A stretch of 64,000 nucleotides of DNA, taken from the IMG/VR virus record IMGVR_UViG_3300030329_003775. One strand, written 5' to 3'. Both the position numbers and the translations under genes were made by a program. Positions 46,894 through 56,101 of this stretch are shown here, one piece after another. Numbering within the stretch: the stretch's first letter is position 1; every line of letters starts with the position of its first letter. The notes beneath the pieces were generated by a model. The model was given only the letters and a program-made list of their open reading frames with translations. It was not told where the DNA came from and did not search any database. The stretch comes from an uncultured virus (IMG/VR IMGVR_UViG_3300030329_003775). Lineage: Duplodnaviria > Heunggongvirae > Uroviricota > Caudoviricetes.

Positions 46894-48044
46894 AGATCAT
46901 AGAACAAGCAATGGCTAAGCTGATACTTGATCAGCCGTTCTTCGCAACCATCCTTCTCTCTATGGAGAGAGTGGAGGATGGATCAATCCCGACCATGGCT
47001 ACTAACGGAGAGAAGTTGTATTACAACCCGGACTTCGCCAAGTCCCTTCACCCAGCTGAGCTTGTGGGAGTGCTGGCGCATGAGGCCATGCACCCTGCAT
47101 GCCTTCACCACCTAAGGAAGGGGGAACGAGACCACTTCAAGTTCAACGTAGCATGTGATTACGCTATCAATCCGCTGCTGAAGGAGGCAGGCATAACCCT
47201 GCCCGGTGATGCACTGATTAGTTCAAGCTATGAGGGGCTTCACGCAGAGGCCATCTACTCCAAGCTCCCTGAGACCATTACCGCAAGCCCCGAAGATGGT
47301 GATGGTGATGGTGATGGCGGCGACACCAAGATCCATCCAGGAATGTGGGGCGAGGTCATTGAGGCCAAGAACCCTGACGGCACACGAATGACTGACGCTG
47401 ACATTCGCGAGGCTGAGGGCCGATGGAAGGTCAAGGTCAGGCAAGCAGCCACAGCCGCCAAGAAAGCCGGGAAACTTCCATCAGGTATGGAGAGATTCGT
47501 TGAGGAGCTGATGGAGCCTAAGCTGAACTGGAGAACAATACTGTCAAGGTTCGTTGGTGATCTCGCAAGGACTGACTACTCCTTTAGGTTCCCCAATACT
47601 CGTTACTCCCACACAGGATTCACATTGCCCTCACTCAAGTCAGAGACCATCGGCAAGGTTATATTTGGGATGGATACATCAGGGTCAATGGGAGGGAGCG
47701 AGATGAGGGACGTCCTTGGTGAGGTGTGCGGGGCCCTTCGTGAGTACGAAAAGGACGGGGCAGACCCTGAGGTCACAGTCCTGTGGTGCGACACCGAGGT
47801 GCATGAGCAGACCCTGTCTGACTCGAGTGAGTTCCGGCCAAAGGGAGGCGGAGGAACTGACTTCGCCCCAGTGTTTGAACACATCAAGGAGAAGGGCTAC
47901 GACCCCAAGGCCGTGGTCTACATGACGGACGGGTACTGTCATTCCTTTGGGGATGACCCCGGATGTCCAGTGCTATGGGCACTTACCAATAAGTGTGATT
48001 CGTTTAGTCCTCCTTTTGGTGAGACAATGATCATAAATCAATGA
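46890..48044 (+). CDS. Metallopeptidase-like plus vWA domain protein (DUF2201-like)
   Basis: HEAMH zinc motif, NVACDYAIN, MIDAS DTSGS, GGGGTDF, MTDG. Confidence 0.92.
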   Translation: MKIIEQAMAKLILDQPFFATILLSMERVEDGSIPTMATNGEKLYYNPDFAKSLHPAELVGVLAHEAMHPACLHHLRKGERDHFKFNVACDYAINPLLKEAGITLPGDALISSSYEGLHAEAIYSKLPETITASPEDGDGDGDGGDTKIHPGMWGEVIEAKNPDGTRMTDADIREAEGRWKVKVRQAATAAKKAGKLPSGMERFVEELMEPKLNWRTILSRFVGDLARTDYSFRFPNTRYSHTGFTLPSLKSETIGKVIFGMDTSGSMGGSEMRDVLGEVCGALREYEKDGADPEVTVLWCDTEVHEQTLSDSSEFRPKGGGGTDFAPVFEHIKEKGYDPKAVVYMTDGYCHSFGDDPGCPVLWALTNKCDSFSPPFGETMIINQ

Positions 48045-48271
48045 TGCACAACGACAAGACAGTGCAGGAGATGCAGTCATGCATTATCAACATGTCCTTC
48101 AACCTGTCGAGAAGGGACCCGGCGGCCATAAGGCTCGGGCTATCCCGGAACAGCAAGAAGGAAGTTGATAATGTTATGAAGACATTGTCCTGCATGATTG
48201 AGTTAGGGAGAGGTCTCGAGGGTTCCCTTGAGAGAGAACGTGAGATGGACAACTACATATCAAGAAACTGA
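48041..48271 (+). CDS. Hypothetical protein
   Basis: Coupled ORF. Confidence 0.5.
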   Translation: MMHNDKTVQEMQSCIINMSFNLSRRDPAAIRLGLSRNSKKEVDNVMKTLSCMIELGRGLEGSLEREREMDNYISRN

Positions 48272-48543
48272 TGAGTAAAAATAATAACAAGGACGACGCG
48301 GAGAAGCTGAAGGAGAAGCTGCAAGAGCAGCTCCACGACAGGACCGTTGACCTACTGGATGAGTACTTTGGGGTGATGGAGCCGCCCCTCGCAGCACACA
48401 TTGTTGCCCGCGCACTGGCTGAGAAAACTATTGAGAGTGCCTCAGGACACTCAGTGTCGCTGGTCCCAATCATTGATGGCGTGTCTGATTCCGTAAAGGA
48501 ATTCACCTCAATTCAATTCGAGAATATTACTGGGGATGAATAG
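48271..48543 (+). CDS. Hypothetical protein
   Basis: TGATG-coupled ORF. Confidence 0.55.
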   Translation: MSKNNNKDDAEKLKEKLQEQLHDRTVDLLDEYFGVMEPPLAAHIVARALAEKTIESASGHSVSLVPIIDGVSDSVKEFTSIQFENITGDE

Positions 48544-48647
48544 AGATGGGCTGGCTAAGAAAAAAAGTGCGACGGATGAAGTGGTATTGGGACATGTTCA
48601 AGATGAAGTATCTGTTCTAAGCCAGATCTACCGCAGCTGGGACATAC

Positions 48648-48887
48648 ATGGAGGAGCTAGTGAGCCAGAAGCGAAGGAGATTCTTTTACCACTACAACAA
48701 GCCTGCCTCGAGAAAGGCAGGCAGGCCGGTGCTTACCCTGCACTGGCTGGACAAATGCCACCTTGTGAGCCGAGTCGTTTGCAAGACTGAGACTGAAACC
48801 CATGAGCGCAAGACCCAACCCTGCTGTGTGGTAAGAGGGTGGGCTAAGGGCGTTACAATAAATAATGGTATTGCTGAGGTGGAGTAA
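48648..48887 (+). CDS. Hypothetical phage protein (FFYHYNKP motif)
   Basis: ORF TAATG-coupled to the next gene. Confidence 0.55.
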   Translation: MEELVSQKRRRFFYHYNKPASRKAGRPVLTLHWLDKCHLVSRVVCKTETETHERKTQPCCVVRGWAKGVTINNGIAEVE

Positions 48888-49042
48888 TGAAAAACATCCC
48901 AACCTTTGACATGATCACATACGGGGAGATCGCCTTATTGGCCATGGACCACATGCCAAATAGGATAATGGATCACCTTGATCTAAGTGATGAGGAGTTC
49001 GAGCGGCTGCAGATGCAGCTGGGCGAAGAGATGGAGAAATAA
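48887..49042 (+). CDS. Small acidic protein (51 aa); not in the ORF track
   Basis: MKNIPTFDMITYGEIALLAMDHMPNRIMDHLDLSDEEFERLQMQLGEEMEK; TAATG-coupled at both ends. Confidence 0.65.
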   Translation: MKNIPTFDMITYGEIALLAMDHMPNRIMDHLDLSDEEFERLQMQLGEEMEK

Positions 49043-49338
49043 TGGCTAGTATAAGAGCGACGAGAACGATGCTCGAGAAGAGTATCTGTGATTGTAACGC
49101 AGATGTGAGAGAGCTTCTAAAAGAGAGAGGCTTGGTTGATTACGATAACCTTAAACCCGGCGACAGGGTTGTCCTTGATGGGCGAATGAGCAAGAAAGAC
49201 GTTAAGGTCTCGTGCTATCGCGCCAAGAATCGAGGGGATAAAAGGATATGGATCACAGGGATAAACAAGGCCGCTAACCCAGGCGACAACATAAACCTTA
49301 AGGTTCGCGGGGAAACTATTCATATAACCGTGTCATGA
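49042..49338 (+). CDS. Stand-alone domain resembling the N-terminus of long MvaI/BcnI-family restriction proteins
   Basis: T.TMLEKSI.D..A.VRELL...DY...SCYR....GDKRIWI.G. Confidence 0.6.
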   Translation: MASIRATRTMLEKSICDCNADVRELLKERGLVDYDNLKPGDRVVLDGRMSKKDVKVSCYRAKNRGDKRIWITGINKAANPGDNINLKVRGETIHITVS

Positions 49339-49508
49339 TACAAAAGAGTAAGGTTAAGGAGTTCGCATTGCATGTCTCCAATGAGACCCGCAACGGCAAG
49401 TTCACTCGCGTAAGTGCTGAGTTCTATCCGAAGGTGGAGGGAGCTGTCAGGCGCTTCGTGAGAAGTTATATTCATAGCCTTCCCTCAGTAGGGAAGACCA
49501 TCAAGTAG
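49335..49508 (+). CDS. Histone-fold-like small protein (57 aa); not in the ORF track
   Basis: MIQKSKVKEFALHVSNETRNGKFTRVSAEFYPKVEGAVRRFVRSYIHSLPSVGKTIK; ATGA-coupled and followed by a terminator. Confidence 0.65.
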   Translation: MIQKSKVKEFALHVSNETRNGKFTRVSAEFYPKVEGAVRRFVRSYIHSLPSVGKTIK

Positions 49509-49529
49509 CAGGGCTAACACACAGGACAG

Positions 49530-49566
49530 ACCCCTGCTCCGGGCTACCGGGGCAGGGGTTTCTTGT
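49530..49566 (+). terminator. Rho-independent terminator
   Basis: ACCCCTGCTCCGG-GCTA-CCGGGGCAGGGGT followed by TTCTTGT. Confidence 0.75.
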
Positions 49567-49567
49567 T

Positions 49568-50287
49568 ATGAGATTCAGATTTGTTCGAGAGTCGGGCAAC
49601 AGTAGAGTGGGTAAGATGGCAGTCGTCCATGCTTCCCGTGATACATGCCCAACGAATTGCCCCCTTAAAGGAGAAGGTGGCTGCTACGGTGAGAACTTCC
49701 CGATGAAACTTCACTGGGACAGGCTTGATAACGGTGCCGGTGTGAGCTGGTATGAAATGCTTGAGGAAGTAAGGAGCCTTCCTGATAACGAGCTCTGGAG
49801 GTATGGAGTTGTTGGGGATCTGCCAAAGTATCGCACAGACAGTTACTTCATTGATACAACAAAACTCATTGAGCTAATTGATGCAAACCGTGGCAAGAGG
49901 GGCTTCGCCTACACCCACCACGTTAATGTTGATGACTTCGGCATTAGTGGCTTTAAAGGTAACGCACCGGAAATTAAATATGCGACACAGGAAGGGTTTA
50001 CAATTAACTGCTCGGCCAACACGCTGGACGATGCCCTTGAGTTTTTCAACGATGGGCTCCCGACTGTTACCCTTTTGCATGAATCTCGAACAAAGAACTT
50101 CGAGGTTGATGGCAGGAGGGTCAACATTTGCCCCAAGTTCCAGCGTAAAGATGTGACGTGCAAAAGCTGTGGCCTGTGTCAATGGGCTGACCGGGATTAC
50201 ATCATCGGCTTCCCGGCCCATGGAACACGGAAAGGCAAGGTTAACGAGGTGGCGCTCAGTGGGGTGCTTAATAAATTGGAGGACTAA
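49568..50287 (+). CDS. Cys-rich phage protein (gp88-like, probable Fe-S or metal binding)
   Basis: TCPTNCPL...GCY, GDLP, FAYTHH, CP...CKSCGLC...IGFPAHG. Confidence 0.7.
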   Translation: MRFRFVRESGNSRVGKMAVVHASRDTCPTNCPLKGEGGCYGENFPMKLHWDRLDNGAGVSWYEMLEEVRSLPDNELWRYGVVGDLPKYRTDSYFIDTTKLIELIDANRGKRGFAYTHHVNVDDFGISGFKGNAPEIKYATQEGFTINCSANTLDDALEFFNDGLPTVTLLHESRTKNFEVDGRRVNICPKFQRKDVTCKSCGLCQWADRDYIIGFPAHGTRKGKVNEVALSGVLNKLED

Positions 50288-50291
50288 ATAG

Positions 50292-53200
50292 TATGAGAGA
50301 AATTAACGACACGGTGATTCTCAACGATCTCATTGAGATGTTTAGGATAAACATACAGAGCGACTGGGCTGAAAATGATCCACGGGCAGAATTCCAAGAA
50401 TTGATTGATTATGTTGAAAGACAGAGGTCGATGGCGAAGTACTTCAAGGATAAGGAGGCGCATAAATGAAATACAAAGTAGGATTAACCATACACAACTG
50501 CTTCGATGTTGAGGCAGCTAACGAGCAAGAGGCTGAAGAGAAAGTCAGAGACCTCGGAATAGAGGAGACCTTATGTGACGCCCAATACGACATCGCCTAT
50601 GTAAATAAGGAGGATTAAATTATGACCAAAAAAACATACGTGTGTGAGAGATGTGGAAGCAAAAAAGTGGAGGTAGATGCCTTGGCGAGATGGGACGAGG
50701 TGACCCAGTCATGGTTCATGACGAATGTCTTTGAGCATCATTCGAGAAGTGTCGTCTGCAACGAAGAAGGGTGCGAGTCCCACAGGGTAAAGAAGGTTGA
50801 TCTAGACTGTGATGCTCGCGAGCTTTATCGGGCGCGTGTTGTGGCAGAGGTAACGAACAAGATCATGTTAGAGTTCCCTGAAAAGTCACGCCATAAGGCG
50901 TGGGCAAAATTGGACCGCATGAATTCCGAAGCCTACAAGACTATTAATAAATTGGAGAACAAGTATTAAACGGAAAGGGAATTAACAGTGACAGTCACCA
51001 CAGTTAAAGCAGCAATCGCACTAATGCACGAACCGGAGATAGATAGTCTCTGGGAGTATGAGGATGCATTTGGGCAACCTCTTTGGGCAGCGTTTATACA
51101 CGGACAGTATTGCGACATTTACTTTGGTTCTTGTACTGCCCTGAAGCATGACGGAGAGATTACAGGCATGGGCAGAGAGTTCCTTGAGGCTCACAAGGAG
51201 CGCAAGGAAGTAGAGGAGATAGAGTATCCCGTCTCAACAGAGACTAAACGCTGGTGGCAGGGAAAGAGGGAGGAGGCTAGGTAGTATGGCTATAATACAT
51301 GTAGATATAAAATTCCACCCCGGAGACGATGCATATGCATTAATCCAGAGAGCTGCGGTGCGCCTAACAGTTGAAGAGGTGCATATAAGCAATACAGACA
51401 TGAGCTTTCGTCGCAGCGACAAAAGGCAGCAAAGGCTGTGCGCTATTGATGCTCAAATAAAATACAGGTGCAGGGTGGCCAACGAGGAGGTGGCAACCAA
51501 TCAGGGATTAAGGGAGTTCATGCATTGGATGGACGAAATTGATCTGTTTCGCACCCCCGAAGAACTCGCATCCTTTGTAAAGGAGGCCGTGGAGGAATAA
51601 ATATGAAATACAATCACGCATATACAATCGCGTTCTCGCTTGAGTCTAATCACCCCAAAGGAAATGACGTAACGCCCGACATGTTTAGGACGGCGTTGCT
51701 CAATAGAATCAAAGACTTGGATAGCTCAAACGAATGGGGCGAGGTAGCCTCAGAGTACCCTTATGATACTTACGAAATTGATTAAAATGGCAACAGTACC
51801 AGACCAGATATATAAAAGTTGGGACATTCATGGGGACGAGAGAAAGCCAGAGCAGCTTGAGCTGCCCGGCACATCAGATCCTGGACGTGCAACACACACT
51901 GAAATCGCAAACTTCTGGGCCGAGCTAAGGGCTCAGATCGAGGAGGGCTCAAAGGTTACTAGCATTATAGATACAGAAACGGAGGACACTTGGTTAAACT
52001 GAAAGGGAATTAACAGTGATAGTCACAACAGTTAAAGCAGCGATTGCATTAATGCACGAACCGGAAATAGAGAAAGCATCTAAAGAAATGGAGGTGAGCG
52101 ATGAGTAGCGCACAAAGCGAGGAGGCACTGGCAGGACAATGGGAGCCGTGGGAAAGGCAGCCTCGGTTTCAACTGGCCCTGCCACACAACGGCAACGGCA
52201 TCATACACTTATATGAACACGATTCTAAAAGCCGCACGTTACGCGGACGGGCGATGTTTCAAGACAACAACCTAGATTTTGCCCGCCGCGTCACGGCGCT
52301 ATTGAACTCAAAATACTACGGAATGCACATGAAGCAGGCTTGGATCGAAGAGAACACATGAAATACAGAAAGGAAGCGAAATGACAGCGAACAACCGACC
52401 AGACGAGTTTGTTGGCAAAGGATTCTATGACATGGGCGATCATAGCCCTGTTGCAATTATGCCTGACAATCAAGTCAATGACGACTGGCACTATAAGTTG
52501 CAGGAGTTAGTCCATGAGCGCACTGACTTATGTTGGCATGAGGATGTGTGTGATTGGGAGGAATGCGTAACCGGAGGTGAATAAATCATGGGACTGGACC
52601 AATACGCGTACTACAGAAAGCCGGAGCCTACTGAAGAGGCTGTGGTCAGGAAACTCCTAGATGAGAGACGGGAGGATTTTCCAATTATGCAATGGAGGAA
52701 AGTTTGGGAGCTTCAAGAGTACATGCATAACTTGTGGTTTGAAAAGGAAGGGTTCGCGGGCACTGAATCCCCTCCTGAGTTTAATTGCATAGAGGTGGAG
52801 CTCAACGAAGAAGACCTAAATAAACTGAGCAATGCTATAGAGAAGCCTGAGTTCTGGGCTGCTGATGAAGAAAGCGCTGTTTGGTTTGGTAACAGTGATC
52901 AGCGTAGAGGTAAAGAGAAGCTTGACGAGTCCTACAAGCCGCTCGATGACACACGGGAGTTCATTAAGGAGTCGAAGCGCCAGATATCAAAAGGCAATAG
53001 GGTTTATTACAATAGCTGGTACTAAAAGGAGGAATACCAATGGGAAGAATATCTGTGAAGTGGGGTGAGGCTGAGAGAGAAAAACAATGGATGCTTGACC
53101 CCAGCGAGGATGTAACCGTCTCCCTCATTGCTCTGGCAAAAATGGAAGGGCGAGAAATCCGTGAGGCGGAACCTGGCGTGGAATACATTAAGGCAAGGCA

Positions 53201-53534
53201 CCTCGTTGAGAATGGCTGGGGAGGGCCATTTCACTTGGTAAGCAACCCCAATAACACCGACCCGGAGAAGCAAACCCCCCTTTCTCTTGAGTACTGGGCC
53301 CCAGAGCTATACAGCCACGGGATAACCAACTCAAGGTTAGCTGGGGCTTGCCACAGCACGGGAATAAAATACGCCCGAGTGATGAATGGATGGCAACGGA
53401 GGGGCAGGGGATCTTACGAGCCTGCGCCTGATGGCATATGTGTTAGTGTCCTTCACATGAGGCCCTTGCGTGAATACCTCATCAAGGAATGGTCAGAGGA
53501 ACACCCTATCCTCAAAAGTCTGGAAAGGTATTGA
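50292..53534 (+). other. Cluster of ~12 small early hypothetical genes (e.g. 50622-50969 Zn ribbon, 50988-51284, 51286-51600, 51603-51785, 51787-52002, 52101-52361, 52381-52584, 53040-53534)
   Basis: Tightly packed short ORFs with strong GGAGG-type RBSs. Confidence 0.7.
52588..53025 (+). CDS. Conserved phage protein (MGLDxY...WRK...FNC family)
   Basis: MGLDQYAY, WRK, FNC and VYYNSWY motifs. Confidence 0.75.
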   Translation: MGLDQYAYYRKPEPTEEAVVRKLLDERREDFPIMQWRKVWELQEYMHNLWFEKEGFAGTESPPEFNCIEVELNEEDLNKLSNAIEKPEFWAADEESAVWFGNSDQRRGKEKLDESYKPLDDTREFIKESKRQISKGNRVYYNSWY

Positions 53535-53581
53535 CAAATGATACCCTTCCAGTAGGTTATATCGCACGCCGTTCTGGCGAT

Positions 53582-53941
53582 ATGCTGAATGATATGTTTT
53601 GGAAGCGCCTAGACAGATACCCCCCCGTGCTCTGCAGATTGCTGGCTCGACAGAAGCGAGGCAGACCCCTGACGACTCGAGAGATCGCTGAAACCAGTGG
53701 CTTACCACCCGCCAAGGTCGAGGCGATCTCCGAGTCTGTCAATTGGGATGGCGTTGGGGTCTACGAAATGCGCGGATTCACCAAGGCATGTGGGTGTGAC
53801 TTCACCAATCAGTCCGACATGAGGCGTGTGGAGGACTACCTTCGCAAGCGCCCCAAGTTCACCTACCTCAGAAAATCTCCATTCTGGCGAGAGTACTACT
53901 ATCCGCTTGTGATAAAGTGGATGTCCACTAATGAACCTTGA
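53582..53941 (+). CDS. HTH transcriptional regulator
   Basis: LTTREIAETSGLPPAKVEAIS HTH; TTGACA at 53531 upstream. Confidence 0.65.
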   Translation: MLNDMFWKRLDRYPPVLCRLLARQKRGRPLTTREIAETSGLPPAKVEAISESVNWDGVGVYEMRGFTKACGCDFTNQSDMRRVEDYLRKRPKFTYLRKSPFWREYYYPLVIKWMSTNEP

Positions 53942-54308
53942 ACTTCCCCAAGAGCAGCTCGACAAGGCACTAAGGGAAGATGCCCTCGTAAGTAAGCTTA
54001 CAAGGGAAATAGAGGGACTGATCTCAAGGCACAGTGAAAAAGAGCAGGAAAGAGCAAGGGAATCTGAGAGGCTCTATAGGGAATCCATCAGGCTACGTAA
54101 GGAATCAAAGGCCATGCTGACCGAGTCAGGCAGGCTCAGGAGAAGGTCGGTAACATTAGCCAAAAAGAAGCCAGTCCCTCATCTTCCGGAGCTGAAGAGA
54201 AGGCTACTGAACAGGAAGAACACAATAAGAAAGCGAGAACTTGATAAGTTCCTCGCAACCCAGCGGAACAATTTCCTTAAATACTGGGACCAACGACAAG
54301 GAATCTAG
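53931..54308 (+). CDS. Basic coiled-coil protein
   Basis: R/E/K-rich heptads. Confidence 0.6.
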   Translation: MNLELPQEQLDKALREDALVSKLTREIEGLISRHSEKEQERARESERLYRESIRLRKESKAMLTESGRLRRRSVTLAKKKPVPHLPELKRRLLNRKNTIRKRELDKFLATQRNNFLKYWDQRQGI

Positions 54309-54314
54309 GCAACA

Positions 54315-55373
54315 ATGAAAATAGTAAAGAAACCAAGTGGGTATCTGTATGCGGTCTTCAAGGGAGAAGACGGCAGGCAGCGTGAGGTATCAACCAGAAC
54401 CAAGAGCAGGGCCAAGGCAAATAGGATTGTAAAAGAATCAAACCTCGAGGCCCTTGAGATGGCTGCGCAGGCTCAAGCCCTTACGGCTGAGTCCATCACG
54501 CGCATCGTGTCCGGTAAGAGGGTCACCATAAGTCAGGCCATTAACTTCTGGGAGTCTCGACTTAGCCTGAGGGGCCGAGCCCCCAAGACAATACACAATA
54601 GCGTCAGCTCGGTGAATCGGTGGGTTGAGGAGCTAAAGTTAGCACACCGGCCACCGGCTTTTGTTACCCACAACCATGTCCATAAATACATCAACAGCGA
54701 CAGGTCCAAATCCAAGGCCAGCTCCAGAAGGGTTGTCCTTTCAGCGATCAGGAGCTTCCTTGAGTTCTGCTGTGGAGAGGGCTGGCGGGTTGGCAACCCA
54801 GCGAAAGAGGTTGATGTTAACATGGGGCTTTTGGATCACGAGCAAAAGGAAACCAAGCAGCCCAACCTGTTCACGGCAGATGAGGTTAAGCACTTTGTCG
54901 CCGTTACTGATGACATCTTCTGGAGGCTTGCTGCGCAGCTGTCCTTTGAGACAGGGCTAAGGCTTGGTGACATATGCGGGCTTGAGTGGAAGTGTATAGA
55001 TGACGGCAAGATAACCGTGTGGACCGGCAAAAGGGACAAAAGGGTGGGGCCTTTTAAGCTGTCCAGAAAGGCCATGTCCCTACTGAAGAAGGTGCCAGCA
55101 GTGAGCAGCAAGTACGTTTTCCCAGAGCAGCGAGAGATACAGTCGTCACCGACGCGACGGGCGCTCCTGTCTGTCCAGTTCAAGCGGCACAGCGAGGCCG
55201 CTGGTCTCTCTGATAAATCATTTCATGGCCTCAGGCACACTTATGCGTCTATTAAATATAAGGACGAGAAGGAGAAGCTGATCGAGAAGCTGCAACAGGA
55301 GCTTGCCGAACTCGAGGTGGCTGAGGCCATGGGGCATAGCTCTACCAAGACAACCAAGGGATACATACACTGA
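54315..55373 (+). CDS. Second tyrosine recombinase
   Basis: TGLRLGD, FHGLRHTY, MGHSS...GY; canonical catalytic residues present. Confidence 0.92.
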   Translation: MKIVKKPSGYLYAVFKGEDGRQREVSTRTKSRAKANRIVKESNLEALEMAAQAQALTAESITRIVSGKRVTISQAINFWESRLSLRGRAPKTIHNSVSSVNRWVEELKLAHRPPAFVTHNHVHKYINSDRSKSKASSRRVVLSAIRSFLEFCCGEGWRVGNPAKEVDVNMGLLDHEQKETKQPNLFTADEVKHFVAVTDDIFWRLAAQLSFETGLRLGDICGLEWKCIDDGKITVWTGKRDKRVGPFKLSRKAMSLLKKVPAVSSKYVFPEQREIQSSPTRRALLSVQFKRHSEAAGLSDKSFHGLRHTYASIKYKDEKEKLIEKLQQELAELEVAEAMGHSSTKTTKGYIH

Positions 55374-55405
55374 CTGACGAGCAGCGAGAGCGCATCGACG
55401 ATGCG

Positions 55406-56101
55406 ATGAAGAAGGGCGGCACACAGAAGAATGCTGCCGCTCTTCTTGGCATGAACCAGCGCTCACTCCAGTCACGCATCCGCAAGGACCCACTGCTTCG
55501 CAGTCGGTGGATAAAGGAACGGAGTAGGTACAGTAAGGTCAGGGAGCTGCCGCCCCACGAGGAATCTCCAGACTTGGGCCGCACTTCTCCTCCCATCAAC
55601 AAGATTGACGGCGAGGTCATAGCTCCCGACCTCGGCCTTGCAGAGGCAATGGCGAGGGAGGACGCCAATCTTAAGTACGGCCTCGAGGCCATCGGCCTAT
55701 CAAAAGATGCCCAAGAAACAGCCATATCCCTGCAAAAGTTTCATAACAAACATTTCACAAAGGCTATCGAGATCATCGGTGGCGGCATGACCAAGACCTT
55801 TGTTGAGTTAATGGCCGAGGTGGAGCAGATTAATGAGAGGCTTGCCAGCGGAGGCCTTACCCTTGAGGAAGAGCAAATGCTCAGGCAGGACAGGTCAAGG
55901 CTGCTTGAGGCGCAGGGCAGGACCTATGACCGGGCACAGAAGGCTGCCATGACGCAGGCCGTTATCAAGCATAGGCTGGCTGACGCCGCAGGCGACAAGA
56001 ACGCCCAGAGAGGCAAGCCAGGGTTCCAGCCCATCGTAAACGCCATAAAGATTGAAGCAGACGGGGACGTTAAGGTAAGTGGACAAGGCAACACAGATTA
56101 A
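55406..56101 (+). CDS. Terminase small subunit (HTH N-terminus); may start at CTG 55370
   Basis: QKNAAALLGMNQRSL HTH; immediately upstream of terL. Confidence 0.6.
   Translation: MKKGGTQKNAAALLGMNQRSLQSRIRKDPLLRSRWIKERSRYSKVRELPPHEESPDLGRTSPPINKIDGEVIAPDLGLAEAMAREDANLKYGLEAIGLSKDAQETAISLQKFHNKHFTKAIEIIGGGMTKTFVELMAEVEQINERLASGGLTLEEEQMLRQDRSRLLEAQGRTYDRAQKAAMTQAVIKHRLADAAGDKNAQRGKPGFQPIVNAIKIEADGDVKVSGQGNTD

Noticed and set aside
50966..52071. DGR template/variable repeat pair
   Set aside because: No reverse transcriptase in the window; mismatches are not adenine-specific and are mostly synonymous.
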